DNA of 61,823 bases, the filler included. It is 5 parts of 5 records of this genome, joined end to end, with 100 filler letters (N's around TTAATTAATTAA, not from the genome) between each part and the next. Parts side by side here need not be neighbours in the genome. Positions count along the whole stretch, not along the records: positions 1 to 20,054 come from SRR2962707_4968; positions 20,155 to 33,896 come from SRR2962707_4970; 3 more parts are not named here. One strand, given 5' to 3'. The first letter of the stretch is position 1. Each line of letters opens with the position of its first letter. Below the pieces are notes generated by a model. That model was not told the DNA's origin. It did no database searches and worked only from the letters and a program-made list of their open reading frames with translations. This document shows positions 16,251-26,339 of this stretch, piece after piece. A program made the translations under genes and the position numbers.

Positions 16251-19154
16251 ATGAAAAATCAAAACCTGACCGGAAAGACCCTTTTCAGTCTTTTAGCTTT
16301 AATCTTCCTTTTTTCTTGCTCTGATCAAGCCACAAAAGCACCCTTCGAATATGTTGATCCTTTTATCGGGACAGGAGGACATGGACATACGTTTCCTGGA
16401 GCTACCATGCCTTTTGGGATGGTGCAACTCAGCCCGGATACTCGACTGGAAGGCTGGGATGGGTGCTCAGGTTATCACTACTCTGATTCGATAGTATATG
16501 GCTTCAGTCATACCCATTTGAGCGGGACTGGCATCCCGGATTATGGCGATGTGCTAATCATGCCTTATACCGGAGAAACCTACTATCACAATGGCGCGGA
16601 CGGAAATCCCGGTTATCGTTCTCCTTTTTCAAAAGCCACAGAAAAAGCTTCTCCCGGATACTATTCGGTCAACCTTTCCAAAGACAATATCAAGGTTGAG
16701 CTGACCACTTCGAAGCGAGTTGGGTTTCATCAATACACATTTAATGGTTCTAAGGATAGAAAGCTGATCATAGATTTAGACCATCGTGATGATGTCTTGG
16801 CGTCAAGTCTCAAACAGGTTAACGATTACGAACTCACAGGTTTCCGTCACAGTAAAGCCTGGGCAGAAAAGCAATATGTATTTTTTCGTATCATCTTCGA
16901 TCAACCTATTCAATCCATGACTTACGGTGGAACCGCTAATGGAGTGAAAGCCGCTTTGTCATTTGGAGAAGGATCACAACTGAAAGTGAAGACCGCCATT
17001 TCAGCAGTGGATGAAGAAGGAGCCAGAAAGAATCTGGAGGCTGAAATCCAATATTGGGATTTTGAAAAAGCGCGTCAGGAAGCACAACAATCCTGGGAGA
17101 AACAGCTGAATAAAATCATGGTTGAAGGTGGAAACGATAAGCAAAAGCGAATTTTCTACACGGCATTCTATCATACGATGATCGCCCCAAACCTCTATCA
17201 TGATGTGGATGGGAGATATCGGAGCACGGATTTAAAAGTGCATCTGGATACTACTTTCACCAATCACACCGTCTTTTCTCTTTGGGATACCTACCGAAGT
17301 ACGCATCCGCTTTATACAATCCTGGAACGTGAACGAACGACTGATTTTATCCGAACTTTCCTGAAGCAATACCAGCATGGCGGTCGTCTTCCGATGTGGG
17401 AACTGGCAGGTAACTATACCAATTGCATGATCGGCTATCATGCGGTTCCAACCATTGCAGATGCCTATGTAAAAGGGATCAGAGGATTTGATGAAGAGTT
17501 GGCATTGGAAGCCATGATTCATAGCTCTATGCAGGATCGGTTGGGTATTGATCATTTTCGAAATCAAGGATTTATTCCTTCCGATCTGGAAGCAGAAAGT
17601 GTTTCTAAAACCTTAGAATATGCCTATGATGACTGGACAATCGCTGAGATGGCCAATCAAATGGGAGAGTCCGAAATAGCTGCAAATTACTATGAGCGAG
17701 CACAGTACTACAAAAATGTATTTGATCCGTCGACAGGATTTATGCGTGCAAGAAACAACAACCGATGGTTTTTTCCTTTTGAACCAGCCGAGGTGAACGT
17801 CCACTACACCGAGGCAAACTCGTGGCAATACAGCTACTACGTGCCGCAGGATTTGGAAACCTGGATAGATTTAATAGGTGGAGATAAAGCTGCCGAGCAA
17901 AAATTGGATGAACTCTTTTCAGCCGAATCGGAAACTTCCGGTCGGGTGCAGGCTGATATTACCGGTTTGATCGGACAGTATGCGCATGGCAATGAGCCCA
18001 GCCATCACATCTCGTACCTCTACAATTTTGTGGGTCGCCCGGACAAAACGCAAAAGCTGGTACGTCAAATAATGGAAGAGCTTTATTCTGATCAGCCTGA
18101 TGGACTTTCCGGCAATGAAGATTGCGGACAGATGTCTTCCTGGCTGGTGATGAGTGCCATGGGATTCTACCCGGTGACACCCGGAAGTGTGGATTATATC
18201 ATCGGCAGCCCGTGGTTCGATGAATTGACACTTAATCTTGAAAACGGGAAGCAGTTTGTGGTGGAAGCGAAAAACAACGGACCAGAAAATATGTATGTGG
18301 AATCCATTGAGCTAAATGGTTCAAGCCATCCTTTTTCTTATCTCACTCATGATGATATCATGCGAGGCGGAAAGATGACATTTTTCATGAGCGATCAGCC
18401 TTCCGAATTTGGGAAAGCTAAAGAGCACCGTCCCAAATCGAAAATTGAGTCAGAGATTGTAGCGATACCCGCGCTCGAATCCGGTGATCATGCTTTTCTT
18501 GAATTAACTAAAATTACACTTTCTACTGCTACTTCAGATGCAGACATATATTTTTCATACTCAGCAAATGGACAACCCTATAAGTATTTTGAGCCTTTTG
18601 CAATTGATCGAACTACTGATTTATATGTGTGGGCTGAAAAAGACGGAAAGCAAAGCTTGCGAGCAAAGAGTGAGTTTTACAAGATCCCTGAGAAACGAAA
18701 TATTACCCTTCAAACCGAGTATGCCAATCACTATACGGCGGGGGGAGATATCGCGTTGATTGATTTTATCCGAGGAGGTAAAGATTTCCGAACAGGTGCC
18801 TGGCAGGGATACCATCAAGTGGATCTGGAAGCCATTGTAGACCTGGGAAGTGTCAGGAATTTGAATACAATAAAGATTGGCTTTCTGCAGGATGAAAACG
18901 CGTGGATATTTATGCCGACGGAAGTTCAGTTCTGGGTTTCCAATGATGGTGAAGCGTTTAGACTGGTAGGATTAGTGGAAAATGATATCCCATACCTAAA
19001 GAAAGGAGCCATCCTGAAAGATTTCGAAATTGATAAATCCATCAGTGGAAGGTATGTCAAAATCATAGCGAAGAACAGAGGTATCTGCCCGCCGGACCAC
19101 AAAGGTGCAGGAGATAAAGCCTGGATATTTGCTGACGAAATAATTATCAACTAA
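16251..19154 (+). CDS. GH92 alpha-mannosidase, lipoprotein, with C-terminal Fn3-associated/discoidin-like domains
   Basis: FSC lipobox; PGATMPFGMVQLSPDT, FSLWDTYR, YTEANSWQY, HGNEPSHH, GNEDCGQMS. Confidence 0.93.
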   Translation: MKNQNLTGKTLFSLLALIFLFSCSDQATKAPFEYVDPFIGTGGHGHTFPGATMPFGMVQLSPDTRLEGWDGCSGYHYSDSIVYGFSHTHLSGTGIPDYGDVLIMPYTGETYYHNGADGNPGYRSPFSKATEKASPGYYSVNLSKDNIKVELTTSKRVGFHQYTFNGSKDRKLIIDLDHRDDVLASSLKQVNDYELTGFRHSKAWAEKQYVFFRIIFDQPIQSMTYGGTANGVKAALSFGEGSQLKVKTAISAVDEEGARKNLEAEIQYWDFEKARQEAQQSWEKQLNKIMVEGGNDKQKRIFYTAFYHTMIAPNLYHDVDGRYRSTDLKVHLDTTFTNHTVFSLWDTYRSTHPLYTILERERTTDFIRTFLKQYQHGGRLPMWELAGNYTNCMIGYHAVPTIADAYVKGIRGFDEELALEAMIHSSMQDRLGIDHFRNQGFIPSDLEAESVSKTLEYAYDDWTIAEMANQMGESEIAANYYERAQYYKNVFDPSTGFMRARNNNRWFFPFEPAEVNVHYTEANSWQYSYYVPQDLETWIDLIGGDKAAEQKLDELFSAESETSGRVQADITGLIGQYAHGNEPSHHISYLYNFVGRPDKTQKLVRQIMEELYSDQPDGLSGNEDCGQMSSWLVMSAMGFYPVTPGSVDYIIGSPWFDELTLNLENGKQFVVEAKNNGPENMYVESIELNGSSHPFSYLTHDDIMRGGKMTFFMSDQPSEFGKAKEHRPKSKIESEIVAIPALESGDHAFLELTKITLSTATSDADIYFSYSANGQPYKYFEPFAIDRTTDLYVWAEKDGKQSLRAKSEFYKIPEKRNITLQTEYANHYTAGGDIALIDFIRGGKDFRTGAWQGYHQVDLEAIVDLGSVRNLNTIKIGFLQDENAWIFMPTEVQFWVSNDGEAFRLVGLVENDIPYLKKGAILKDFEIDKSISGRYVKIIAKNRGICPPDHKGAGDKAWIFADEIIIN

Positions 19155-19164
19155 CTCATCGATT

Positions 19165-20054
19165 ATGAGCTCAAGAAGGAAATTTATAAAAAATTCACTG
19201 GCAGCATCTGCTGCATTGGGATTTGCGGGTACAGCCTGTGCTGAAGAAAAGAAGCCAACCGTTTTACAGCGATCGACTACCCCTAAAGCACTCAGTACCT
19301 GGAATCATGGACTCCCGGCCAATGAGGAGGCGATGCGCGTGATGCAGAATGGAGGCTCAGCACTCGATGGTGCTGAGAAGGGTGTGATGGTGGTAGAAGC
19401 AGATCCTACCGGAACATCTGTTGGAATTGGTGGAGCACCTGATAGGGATGGAAACGTGACTCTGGATGCTTGCATCATGGATCATGAAGGCAATGCCGGT
19501 TCGGTGTGCTTCCTGCAAAACATCAAACATCCGATAGCAGTTGCACGGAAGGTCATGGAAGAGACGCCTCATGTGATGCTCGCTGGGGAAGGGGCGAAAA
19601 GATTTGCACTTGCTCAAGGGTTTGCTGAAGAAAACCTGTTAACGGAAAATTCCAGAAAGGCCTGGGAAGAGTGGGTGAAAACGTCGAATTACGAACCGGT
19701 AATCAATGTAGAAAACCATGACACGATCGGTATGATTTGTCAAGATACCAACGGAAACCTTTCCGGCTCCTGTACCACCAGTGGACTGGCGTATAAGATG
19801 CATGGAAGAGTGGGGGATTCACCGATTATTGGAGCGGGTCTTTTTGTTGATAATGATTATGGAGCGGCTGTAGCTACCGGCATGGGTGAGTTGATGATGA
19901 AAACATTGGGGTCATTTCTTGTTGTTGAGTTGATCCGGCAAGGTGCGAATGCGCAGGAGGCTTGCGAAGAAGCCATTCAGCGAATCGTGGATAAACTTGA
20001 TTACAAATCGTTCCAGGTAGGATACCTGGCCATGGATATTGCCGGGAATACCGG
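19165..20054 (+). CDS. N(4)-(beta-N-acetylglucosaminyl)-L-asparaginase (glycosylasparaginase), truncated at the contig end
   Basis: Tat signal SRRKFIK; STW, LDACIMD, HD|TIG autoprocessing site, GRVGDSPIIGAG. Confidence 0.9.
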
Positions 20055-20154
20055 NNNNNNNNNNNNNNNNNNNNNNNNNNNNNNNNNNNNNNNNNNNNTT
20101 AATTAATTAANNNNNNNNNNNNNNNNNNNNNNNNNNNNNNNNNNNNNNNNNNNN
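20055..20154. other. Artificial contig spacer
   Basis: N44-TTAATTAATTAA-N44, stops in all six frames; base composition changes across it. Confidence 0.98.
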
Positions 20155-20225
20155 TTTGGGGAATAAAACCCTCAATAAGGGATTCAAATCTCGATTATCG
20201 AGTAAATAAAAAAACAAAAATTATA

Positions 20226-20795
20226 TTGCCAGTAACCGCACAACACATTCAAGAATCTATTCTTCGCGCAAAAGAAGGGGACCAAAAGTCGTTCAGCTTT
20301 CTTCTTGATAATTTTTGGGTTGATGTGTATAGCTTTCAATTATTACGAACTAGAAATGAGAATGAAGCGGAAGATATTACAATTCGCACCTTCTCAAAAG
20401 CGTTTGATAAAATAGACACTTACAATAGCGATTTTGAATTTAAAACATGGTTAATTACCATTTCCAAAAACATTCATATTGATCTTATTCGCAAGAAGAA
20501 ATCAGAACTGAATCATAAAACAATTCTACAAGAAGAAAGTAGCATCTACAATCTAGCAGATGACACTCCTACTGCGGAAGACAATTTAATTACCGAACAA
20601 AACCTCGCTACTTTACTTCAGCATATAAAAAAATTAAAACCACATTATCAACAGGTTATTAATTTAAGATACTTCCAAGAATTATCATACACCGAAATTG
20701 CTCAAGAATTAGACGAGCCTCTTAATAATGTAAAGGTTAAACTCCTCAGAGCAAAAAAATTACTTGCTGAAATTATTCATCAGAAAAAGAAATAA
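20226..20795 (+). CDS. ECF RNA polymerase sigma-70 factor
   Basis: Region 2 (AEDITIRTFSKAF...FKTWLITISKN) and region 4 (LRYFQELSYTEIA...VKVKLLRAK); TTG start. Confidence 0.9.
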   Translation: MPVTAQHIQESILRAKEGDQKSFSFLLDNFWVDVYSFQLLRTRNENEAEDITIRTFSKAFDKIDTYNSDFEFKTWLITISKNIHIDLIRKKKSELNHKTILQEESSIYNLADDTPTAEDNLITEQNLATLLQHIKKLKPHYQQVINLRYFQELSYTEIAQELDEPLNNVKVKLLRAKKLLAEIIHQKKK

Positions 20796-20839
20796 TTTTT
20801 TTATACTTTCACTGCCTAATTAACTAGACTAACTTAAAA

Positions 20840-22054
20840 GTGATACGCTTTATTAAAAAATTAGGCCCCGGACTTTTATTTGCTGGTGCAGCAATTGGGG
20901 TGTCCCATTTAGTCCAATCTACCAGAGCAGGAGCCGATTATGGCTATGGCCTACTTTGGGCATTACTATTAGTTCATTTATTTAAATATCCATTTTTTCA
21001 ATACGGGCCTCGGTATGCCATGGCCACTGGAGAGAGTCTTTTAGATGGCTACAGAAAATTAGGAAAGGGAGTTTTACTTCTTTATTTTATCCTGAATTTC
21101 ACTACTATGTTTACCATTCAAACGGCAGTAACCATTGTTACCGCTGGATTGGCCTCTAATTTATTCGGAATTACTACCAACCCAATTATATGGAGTATTA
21201 TTATTACTCTTATATGTATGGTTATTTTAATGCTTGGAAAATATAAGTTATTAGATAATTTGATGAAAATTATTATTACAACCCTAACCATTTGTACTGT
21301 AATTGCCATTTTTATAGCCTCATCAAAGTCTACAGCACACCTTAGTTTTTCTCAAGTTATTCCTACAGAAACTGCAGGCCTTGCCTTCATTATTGCATTT
21401 ATGGGCTGGATGCCCGCTCCTCTAGATGTTTCTGTTTGGCATTCCTTATGGGCGCTAGAAAAAAAGAAAATGGAAAAAACATACAAAACTAAACGCTCTA
21501 TAACCGATTTTAATATTGGGTACCTCAGCACCATTATTTTAGGAATTTTCTTTTTAAGTCTTGGTGCTTTAGTAATGCATAGCGCCAATGAAAGCTTTAA
21601 TAGTGGTGCAACACAATTTGCATTTCAGTTTATAAACATGTACACAGAAACCCTAGGAACATATACTTATTATATTATTGCCATTGCTGCATTTACCGCA
21701 ATGTTTAGCACAACCCTAACCACGTTGGATGCTTCTCCAAGAGCTATGGCAAAAAGCACTACGCTACTATTTAATATTGATGGAAAGTACCACTTTGCAA
21801 GTTGGATAATAATTTTGGCTCTTGGAACAATTTGCATTTTACTTTTTCTTTTATCAGAAATGAAAATGCTTATTGATATTGCTACTATTTTATCGTTTGT
21901 TACCGCTCCTTTTTACGCCATTATAAACTATAAATTAGTTACTTCTAAACATATGCCTAAAAAATGGAGACCCAGTAAGTCGATGCATGTTTTAAGTTGG
22001 GCTGGGATTATTTTTTTAATAGGATTTTCGATTTGGTATCTTTTATCACTTTAA
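20840..22054 (+). CDS. Nramp-related divalent metal transporter family protein
   Basis: LGPGLLFAGAAIGVSHLVQSTRAGA and MGWMPAPLD; polytopic membrane protein. Confidence 0.8.
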   Translation: MIRFIKKLGPGLLFAGAAIGVSHLVQSTRAGADYGYGLLWALLLVHLFKYPFFQYGPRYAMATGESLLDGYRKLGKGVLLLYFILNFTTMFTIQTAVTIVTAGLASNLFGITTNPIIWSIIITLICMVILMLGKYKLLDNLMKIIITTLTICTVIAIFIASSKSTAHLSFSQVIPTETAGLAFIIAFMGWMPAPLDVSVWHSLWALEKKKMEKTYKTKRSITDFNIGYLSTIILGIFFLSLGALVMHSANESFNSGATQFAFQFINMYTETLGTYTYYIIAIAAFTAMFSTTLTTLDASPRAMAKSTTLLFNIDGKYHFASWIIILALGTICILLFLLSEMKMLIDIATILSFVTAPFYAIINYKLVTSKHMPKKWRPSKSMHVLSWAGIIFLIGFSIWYLLSL

Positions 22055-22111
22055 AAAAAGTAGAAAATCTTATCCTATTAGTTGATGACAGATTAACTTA
22101 ATTTTCAAACT

Positions 22112-22127
22112 TAACTTTGTATCTTTG
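22112..22127 (+). promoter_or_regulatory. Two adjacent Bacteroidota -7 elements (TAACTTTG TATCTTTG) upstream of lipA
   Basis: Two exact TAnnTTTG matches ending 17 nt before the lipA ATG. Confidence 0.65.
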
Positions 22128-22144
22128 TAGTCTAAAATTTCGAT

Positions 22145-23023
22145 ATGAGTGTAGATACTGCAAGTAGCATTGCTCCACCTAGAAAAGGGAAACCTAAATG
22201 GTTACGAGTAAAACTGCCGACCGGAAAAAAATATACAGAATTAAGAGGTTTAGTAGACAAGTACAACCTTCATACTATTTGTACTTCTGGTAGTTGCCCA
22301 AATATGGGGGAATGCTGGGGAGAAGGTACTGCTACTTTTATGATCTTAGGGAATGTTTGTACACGTTCTTGTGGGTTTTGTGGTGTAAAAACTGGACGAC
22401 CAGAAACTGTAGATTGGGAAGAACCAGAAAAAGTAGCACGTTCTATAAAAATTATGAGCATTAAACATGCTGTAATTACTTCTGTAGATAGAGACGACTT
22501 AAAAGATATGGGATCTATTATATGGGCAGAAACTGTAAAATCTATCCGTAGAATGAATCCTACTACCACATTAGAGACACTAATTCCAGATTTCCAAGGA
22601 GTAGAAAGAAATATAGATCGTATTGTTGAAGTTTCTCCTGAAGTGGTTTCTCACAACATGGAAACTGTAAGAAGACTAACACGTGAGGTTAGAATTCAAG
22701 CAAAATACGACCGTAGCTTGGCTGTTTTAAAATATTTAAAAGATCAAGGAATTAATAGAACCAAATCGGGTATTATGCTTGGTTTAGGCGAAAAAGAAGA
22801 AGAAGTTATTGAAACCCTACACGATCTTAGAAAAGCTGATGTAGATGTAGTAACTATTGGACAATATTTACAGCCTTCAAAAAAACACTTACCTGTAAAA
22901 CAGTTTGTTACTCCAGATCAATTTAAAAAATATGAAGAAATAGGATTAGACCTAGGATTTAGACATGTAGAAAGTGGAGCTTTGGTAAGATCTTCTTACA
23001 AAGCACATAAACACATATTATAA
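22145..23023 (+). CDS. lipA: Lipoyl synthase
   Basis: CX4CX5C, radical-SAM CX3CX2C, RSSY motif. Confidence 0.97.
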   Translation: MSVDTASSIAPPRKGKPKWLRVKLPTGKKYTELRGLVDKYNLHTICTSGSCPNMGECWGEGTATFMILGNVCTRSCGFCGVKTGRPETVDWEEPEKVARSIKIMSIKHAVITSVDRDDLKDMGSIIWAETVKSIRRMNPTTTLETLIPDFQGVERNIDRIVEVSPEVVSHNMETVRRLTREVRIQAKYDRSLAVLKYLKDQGINRTKSGIMLGLGEKEEEVIETLHDLRKADVDVVTIGQYLQPSKKHLPVKQFVTPDQFKKYEEIGLDLGFRHVESGALVRSSYKAHKHIL

Positions 23024-23030
23024 AAATGAC

Positions 23031-23054
23031 GCCGCTTTAAAAGGCGGCTTTTTT
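23031..23054 (+). terminator. Intrinsic terminator after lipA
   Basis: GCCGC...GCGGC stem followed by TTTTTT. Confidence 0.75.
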
Positions 23055-23113
23055 AATCACACCCTCATCAATAGTAGGGATAAACCCACCTTAGTGGGAT
23101 TGAATAAATTATC

Positions 23114-24109
23114 TTGAAAAAAATTAGAATCGCCATAAACGGTTTCGGAAGAATTGGCCGCACTGTTTTCAGATTACTTTTAGAAAATTCTGAAATAGAA
23201 GTTGTAGCTATAAATGATTTAGCAGACACGCATACATTAAGTCATTTACTTAAATATGATAGTATTCATGGTGTTTTAAAAAAAGACATTCAACACAATA
23301 GAGACCACATAATTGTAGACGGAAAATCTTTTCCCCTATTAAATTGCAATACTTTAACTGCAATTAATTGGAAACCTTTTAATGTTGATTTTGTTATTGA
23401 AGCTACTGGAAAATTTAAATCTAGAGAACAATTACAGCATCATATTATTGGAGGAGCTAAAAAGGTAATTTTAGCCGTTCCTCCAAGTGACGATTCTATA
23501 AAAATGGTAGTGCTAGGAGTGAATGAAAACATTTTGGATGGCACAGAAGATATTATCTCCAATGCCTCTTGCACCACCAATAATGCAGCGCCAATGATTA
23601 AAGTTATAAAAGAACTTTGTGGCATTGAGCAAGCATATATTACTACCGTACATTCCTACACATCCGATCAAAGCCTGCACGATCAACCCCATCGTGATTT
23701 ACGGCGTGCGCGTGCTGCAGGTCAATCTATTGTTCCTACAACAACAGGTGCGGCTAAAGCCTTAACAAGTATTTTTCCAGAACTTAGTGATACTATAGGA
23801 GGTTGTGGAATAAGAGTTCCCGTACCAGACGGTTCTTTAACAGATATTACCTTTAATGTTAAAAAAGAAACTTCCATTGAAGCAGTAAATAATGCTTTTA
23901 AAGATGCTTCCAATAGCAGTTTAAAAAATATTTTAGACTACACAGAAGACCCTATTGTGTCTGTAGATATTATAAACAGTCCATACTCTTGCACTTTCGA
24001 TTCGCAAATGACATCGGTTATCGGAAAAATGGTAAAAATCATTGGGTGGTATGATAACGAATACGGATATAGCAGTCGGATTGTCGATTTAATTCAGCTT
24101 ATTAAATAG
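23114..24109 (+). CDS. gap: Type I glyceraldehyde-3-phosphate dehydrogenase
   Basis: INGFGRIGR, SNASCTTN catalytic Cys, TTTGAAKA, WYDNE; TTG start. Confidence 0.95.
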   Translation: MKKIRIAINGFGRIGRTVFRLLLENSEIEVVAINDLADTHTLSHLLKYDSIHGVLKKDIQHNRDHIIVDGKSFPLLNCNTLTAINWKPFNVDFVIEATGKFKSREQLQHHIIGGAKKVILAVPPSDDSIKMVVLGVNENILDGTEDIISNASCTTNNAAPMIKVIKELCGIEQAYITTVHSYTSDQSLHDQPHRDLRRARAAGQSIVPTTTGAAKALTSIFPELSDTIGGCGIRVPVPDGSLTDITFNVKKETSIEAVNNAFKDASNSSLKNILDYTEDPIVSVDIINSPYSCTFDSQMTSVIGKMVKIIGWYDNEYGYSSRIVDLIQLIK

Positions 24110-24146
24110 AAATAATTATATTTACTGCATAGCACTAATTGTAATT

Positions 24147-26339
24147 ATGCGCTTTGTAGCCCTCATAATCTTTTTTTTAATGTCATCTATTTCTATAGGT
24201 GCACAGACTAATATTGCCTTTAAAGATAGTCTTGAATCTATCACAAAAAGAGTATATGAGTATAAAAATAATGGCGATTATGAAAAGGCTCTATCAGATA
24301 TAGAAAAAGGACTTCAGCTAGCTGCTAGCTCTGATAATATTGAATCTATTGTAGATTTCTACAATCTTTCTGCAAGACTAAACATTCAATACAAGAAACC
24401 TATAAATCCAGGAATTTATTTAAAAGAAGCTAGAGAAGTTCTCAGTTTATATAAATATAATGACGGTAGAGCGCTTACTGCAATTTTAGAAGCCTATTTA
24501 GCTGCGAAAGATCAAGATAAGACTAAAGCATATACACTCATAAACGAAGCTTTAGAAGCTGTTGACTATAACGATAAAAGTTTATTAAATAGTGTGCTTT
24601 TTTACGAAGGGCTTACCCACAATGAATTAGGAGAATACAACAAGGCAAAGTCCATTTTTCAAAAAATGATTCCTCCAGATCATAAATATGAAAGACAATT
24701 CCTTTCTGCTGCCTCACAATTAGTTTTGGCAAATATTTATGCGAAGGACAGTAACTACGAAAGTGCGGGGATTTTACTAGATAATGTTCTAAGAATTGCT
24801 GCTCGCCAAAAATTTCCAAGAATTCTACTGGGTACTAATTTATTAAAGTATCAGATTGCTAATAAAAAAGAAGATTATTATGCGGCTCTTTTATATTACA
24901 AAAAAGCAGACAGCATAAAAGAAAAATATTTCGGGGCAGATATTTTAAGAAAGCAAAATGAAGCTGCTCATACTAACGAAGCGCAATTTCTAAACAATGT
25001 AATTGCAAGAATGAGTCAAGATGAAATTGAACAACAACAAAAAGTAAACATCTCCAAACTCACCTCTGTTTTAAGTTCTGCATTGTTAATTATTATTTCT
25101 CTTTTAACAATTTCATTATACAGAAACAATCAAATAAAATTTAAAACAAACGATTTATTACTGAAAAAAAATAAAGAGTTACAAATAGCAAAAGAAGATG
25201 CCGAAAAAGCCATGCGAGCTAAAGGTCAATTCTTATCTACTGTTAGTCACGAATTGCGCACCCCTCTCTATGCCGTAACTGGATTGACACATTTACTATT
25301 AGAAGAAGATCCTAAAGCAAGTCAAAAAGAACATCTAAAATCGTTGAAGTTTTCTGGAGAATACCTCTTGGATTTTATCAATGACATCTTACAAATTAAT
25401 AAAATAGACGCTAATAAGTTAGTTGCCGAAAAACTAATTTTCGATTTTAATAAAACCCTCGAAGATGTTATTTATTCCCTAAGGCAAACCGCCAAAGAGA
25501 ACAAGAATGTAATTATTATAAATATTGACGAGAACATTCCTAAAAAACTTATTGGAGACCCACTTAAACTTTCTCAAATCTTAATTAATTTAGTTGGAAA
25601 TGCTTTAAAATTTACCGAAAACGGAAAAGTTATTGTAAATGCTAAACTTCTAAATTCTGACAAGGGAAGATATAAAATTCATTTTGAAGTAAATGATGAA
25701 GGAATAGGCATTTCTGAAGAGATGCAGCAAAATATCTTTGAAAGTTTTTCTCAAGGTTCTATTCAGATTAATAGAAAATATGGAGGTACAGGATTAGGAT
25801 TAACCATTGTAAGAAGTTTATTAAGCTTATTCAATAGCGACATAAATGTGAAAAGTGAAATTGGAATGGGAAGTTCATTTTATTTTAGTCTTGAATTTAC
25901 CACCCCAGATCCTTCCGAAATTATAGAGGTAGGATCTGAAGATCTTGAAGAAGCTATTTTAAAAGATTTATACTTTTTGATAGTTGAAGACAATAAAATC
26001 AATCAAGTTATTACTAAAAAAATGCTAGCCAAGAAAGGTATTAATTGTGATGTTGCAGACAATGGATATGATGCTATTAAATTAGCTAAAGAAAACACAT
26101 ATGATCTTATTTTAATGGACATCCATATGCCAGGAATTAGCGGATTAAAAGCTACCGAAGAAATTAGAAAATTCGATAAAAATATCCCTATTATTGCGTT
26201 AACGGCATTAACTATTGATGAAAGTACAGACGATTTCTTTAGTTACGGCTGTAATGATATTATTACAAAACCTTTTAAGCCAGATTTATTCTATAAAATT
26301 ATTGGCGCTTCAATTTTAAAAACCACTAATCAAGTTTAA
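24147..26339 (+). CDS. Hybrid sensor histidine kinase/response regulator with TPR-like periplasmic sensor
   Basis: SHELRTPL H-box, NLVGNALKFT N-box, GGTGLGL, receiver VEDN...LMDIHMP...KP. Confidence 0.92.
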   Translation: MRFVALIIFFLMSSISIGAQTNIAFKDSLESITKRVYEYKNNGDYEKALSDIEKGLQLAASSDNIESIVDFYNLSARLNIQYKKPINPGIYLKEAREVLSLYKYNDGRALTAILEAYLAAKDQDKTKAYTLINEALEAVDYNDKSLLNSVLFYEGLTHNELGEYNKAKSIFQKMIPPDHKYERQFLSAASQLVLANIYAKDSNYESAGILLDNVLRIAARQKFPRILLGTNLLKYQIANKKEDYYAALLYYKKADSIKEKYFGADILRKQNEAAHTNEAQFLNNVIARMSQDEIEQQQKVNISKLTSVLSSALLIIISLLTISLYRNNQIKFKTNDLLLKKNKELQIAKEDAEKAMRAKGQFLSTVSHELRTPLYAVTGLTHLLLEEDPKASQKEHLKSLKFSGEYLLDFINDILQINKIDANKLVAEKLIFDFNKTLEDVIYSLRQTAKENKNVIIINIDENIPKKLIGDPLKLSQILINLVGNALKFTENGKVIVNAKLLNSDKGRYKIHFEVNDEGIGISEEMQQNIFESFSQGSIQINRKYGGTGLGLTIVRSLLSLFNSDINVKSEIGMGSSFYFSLEFTTPDPSEIIEVGSEDLEEAILKDLYFLIVEDNKINQVITKKMLAKKGINCDVADNGYDAIKLAKENTYDLILMDIHMPGISGLKATEEIRKFDKNIPIIALTALTIDESTDDFFSYGCNDIITKPFKPDLFYKIIGASILKTTNQV

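Noticed and set aside
20099-20110. TTAATTAATTAA palindrome repeated four times in the window
   Set aside because: Always centred in N runs of identical length; it is an assembly linker, not a biological repeat.
23555-23590. GAPDH motif SCTTNN lacking the second Cys
   Set aside because: Catalytic Cys and His are intact; second-Cys substitutions are common in GAPDH paralogues.
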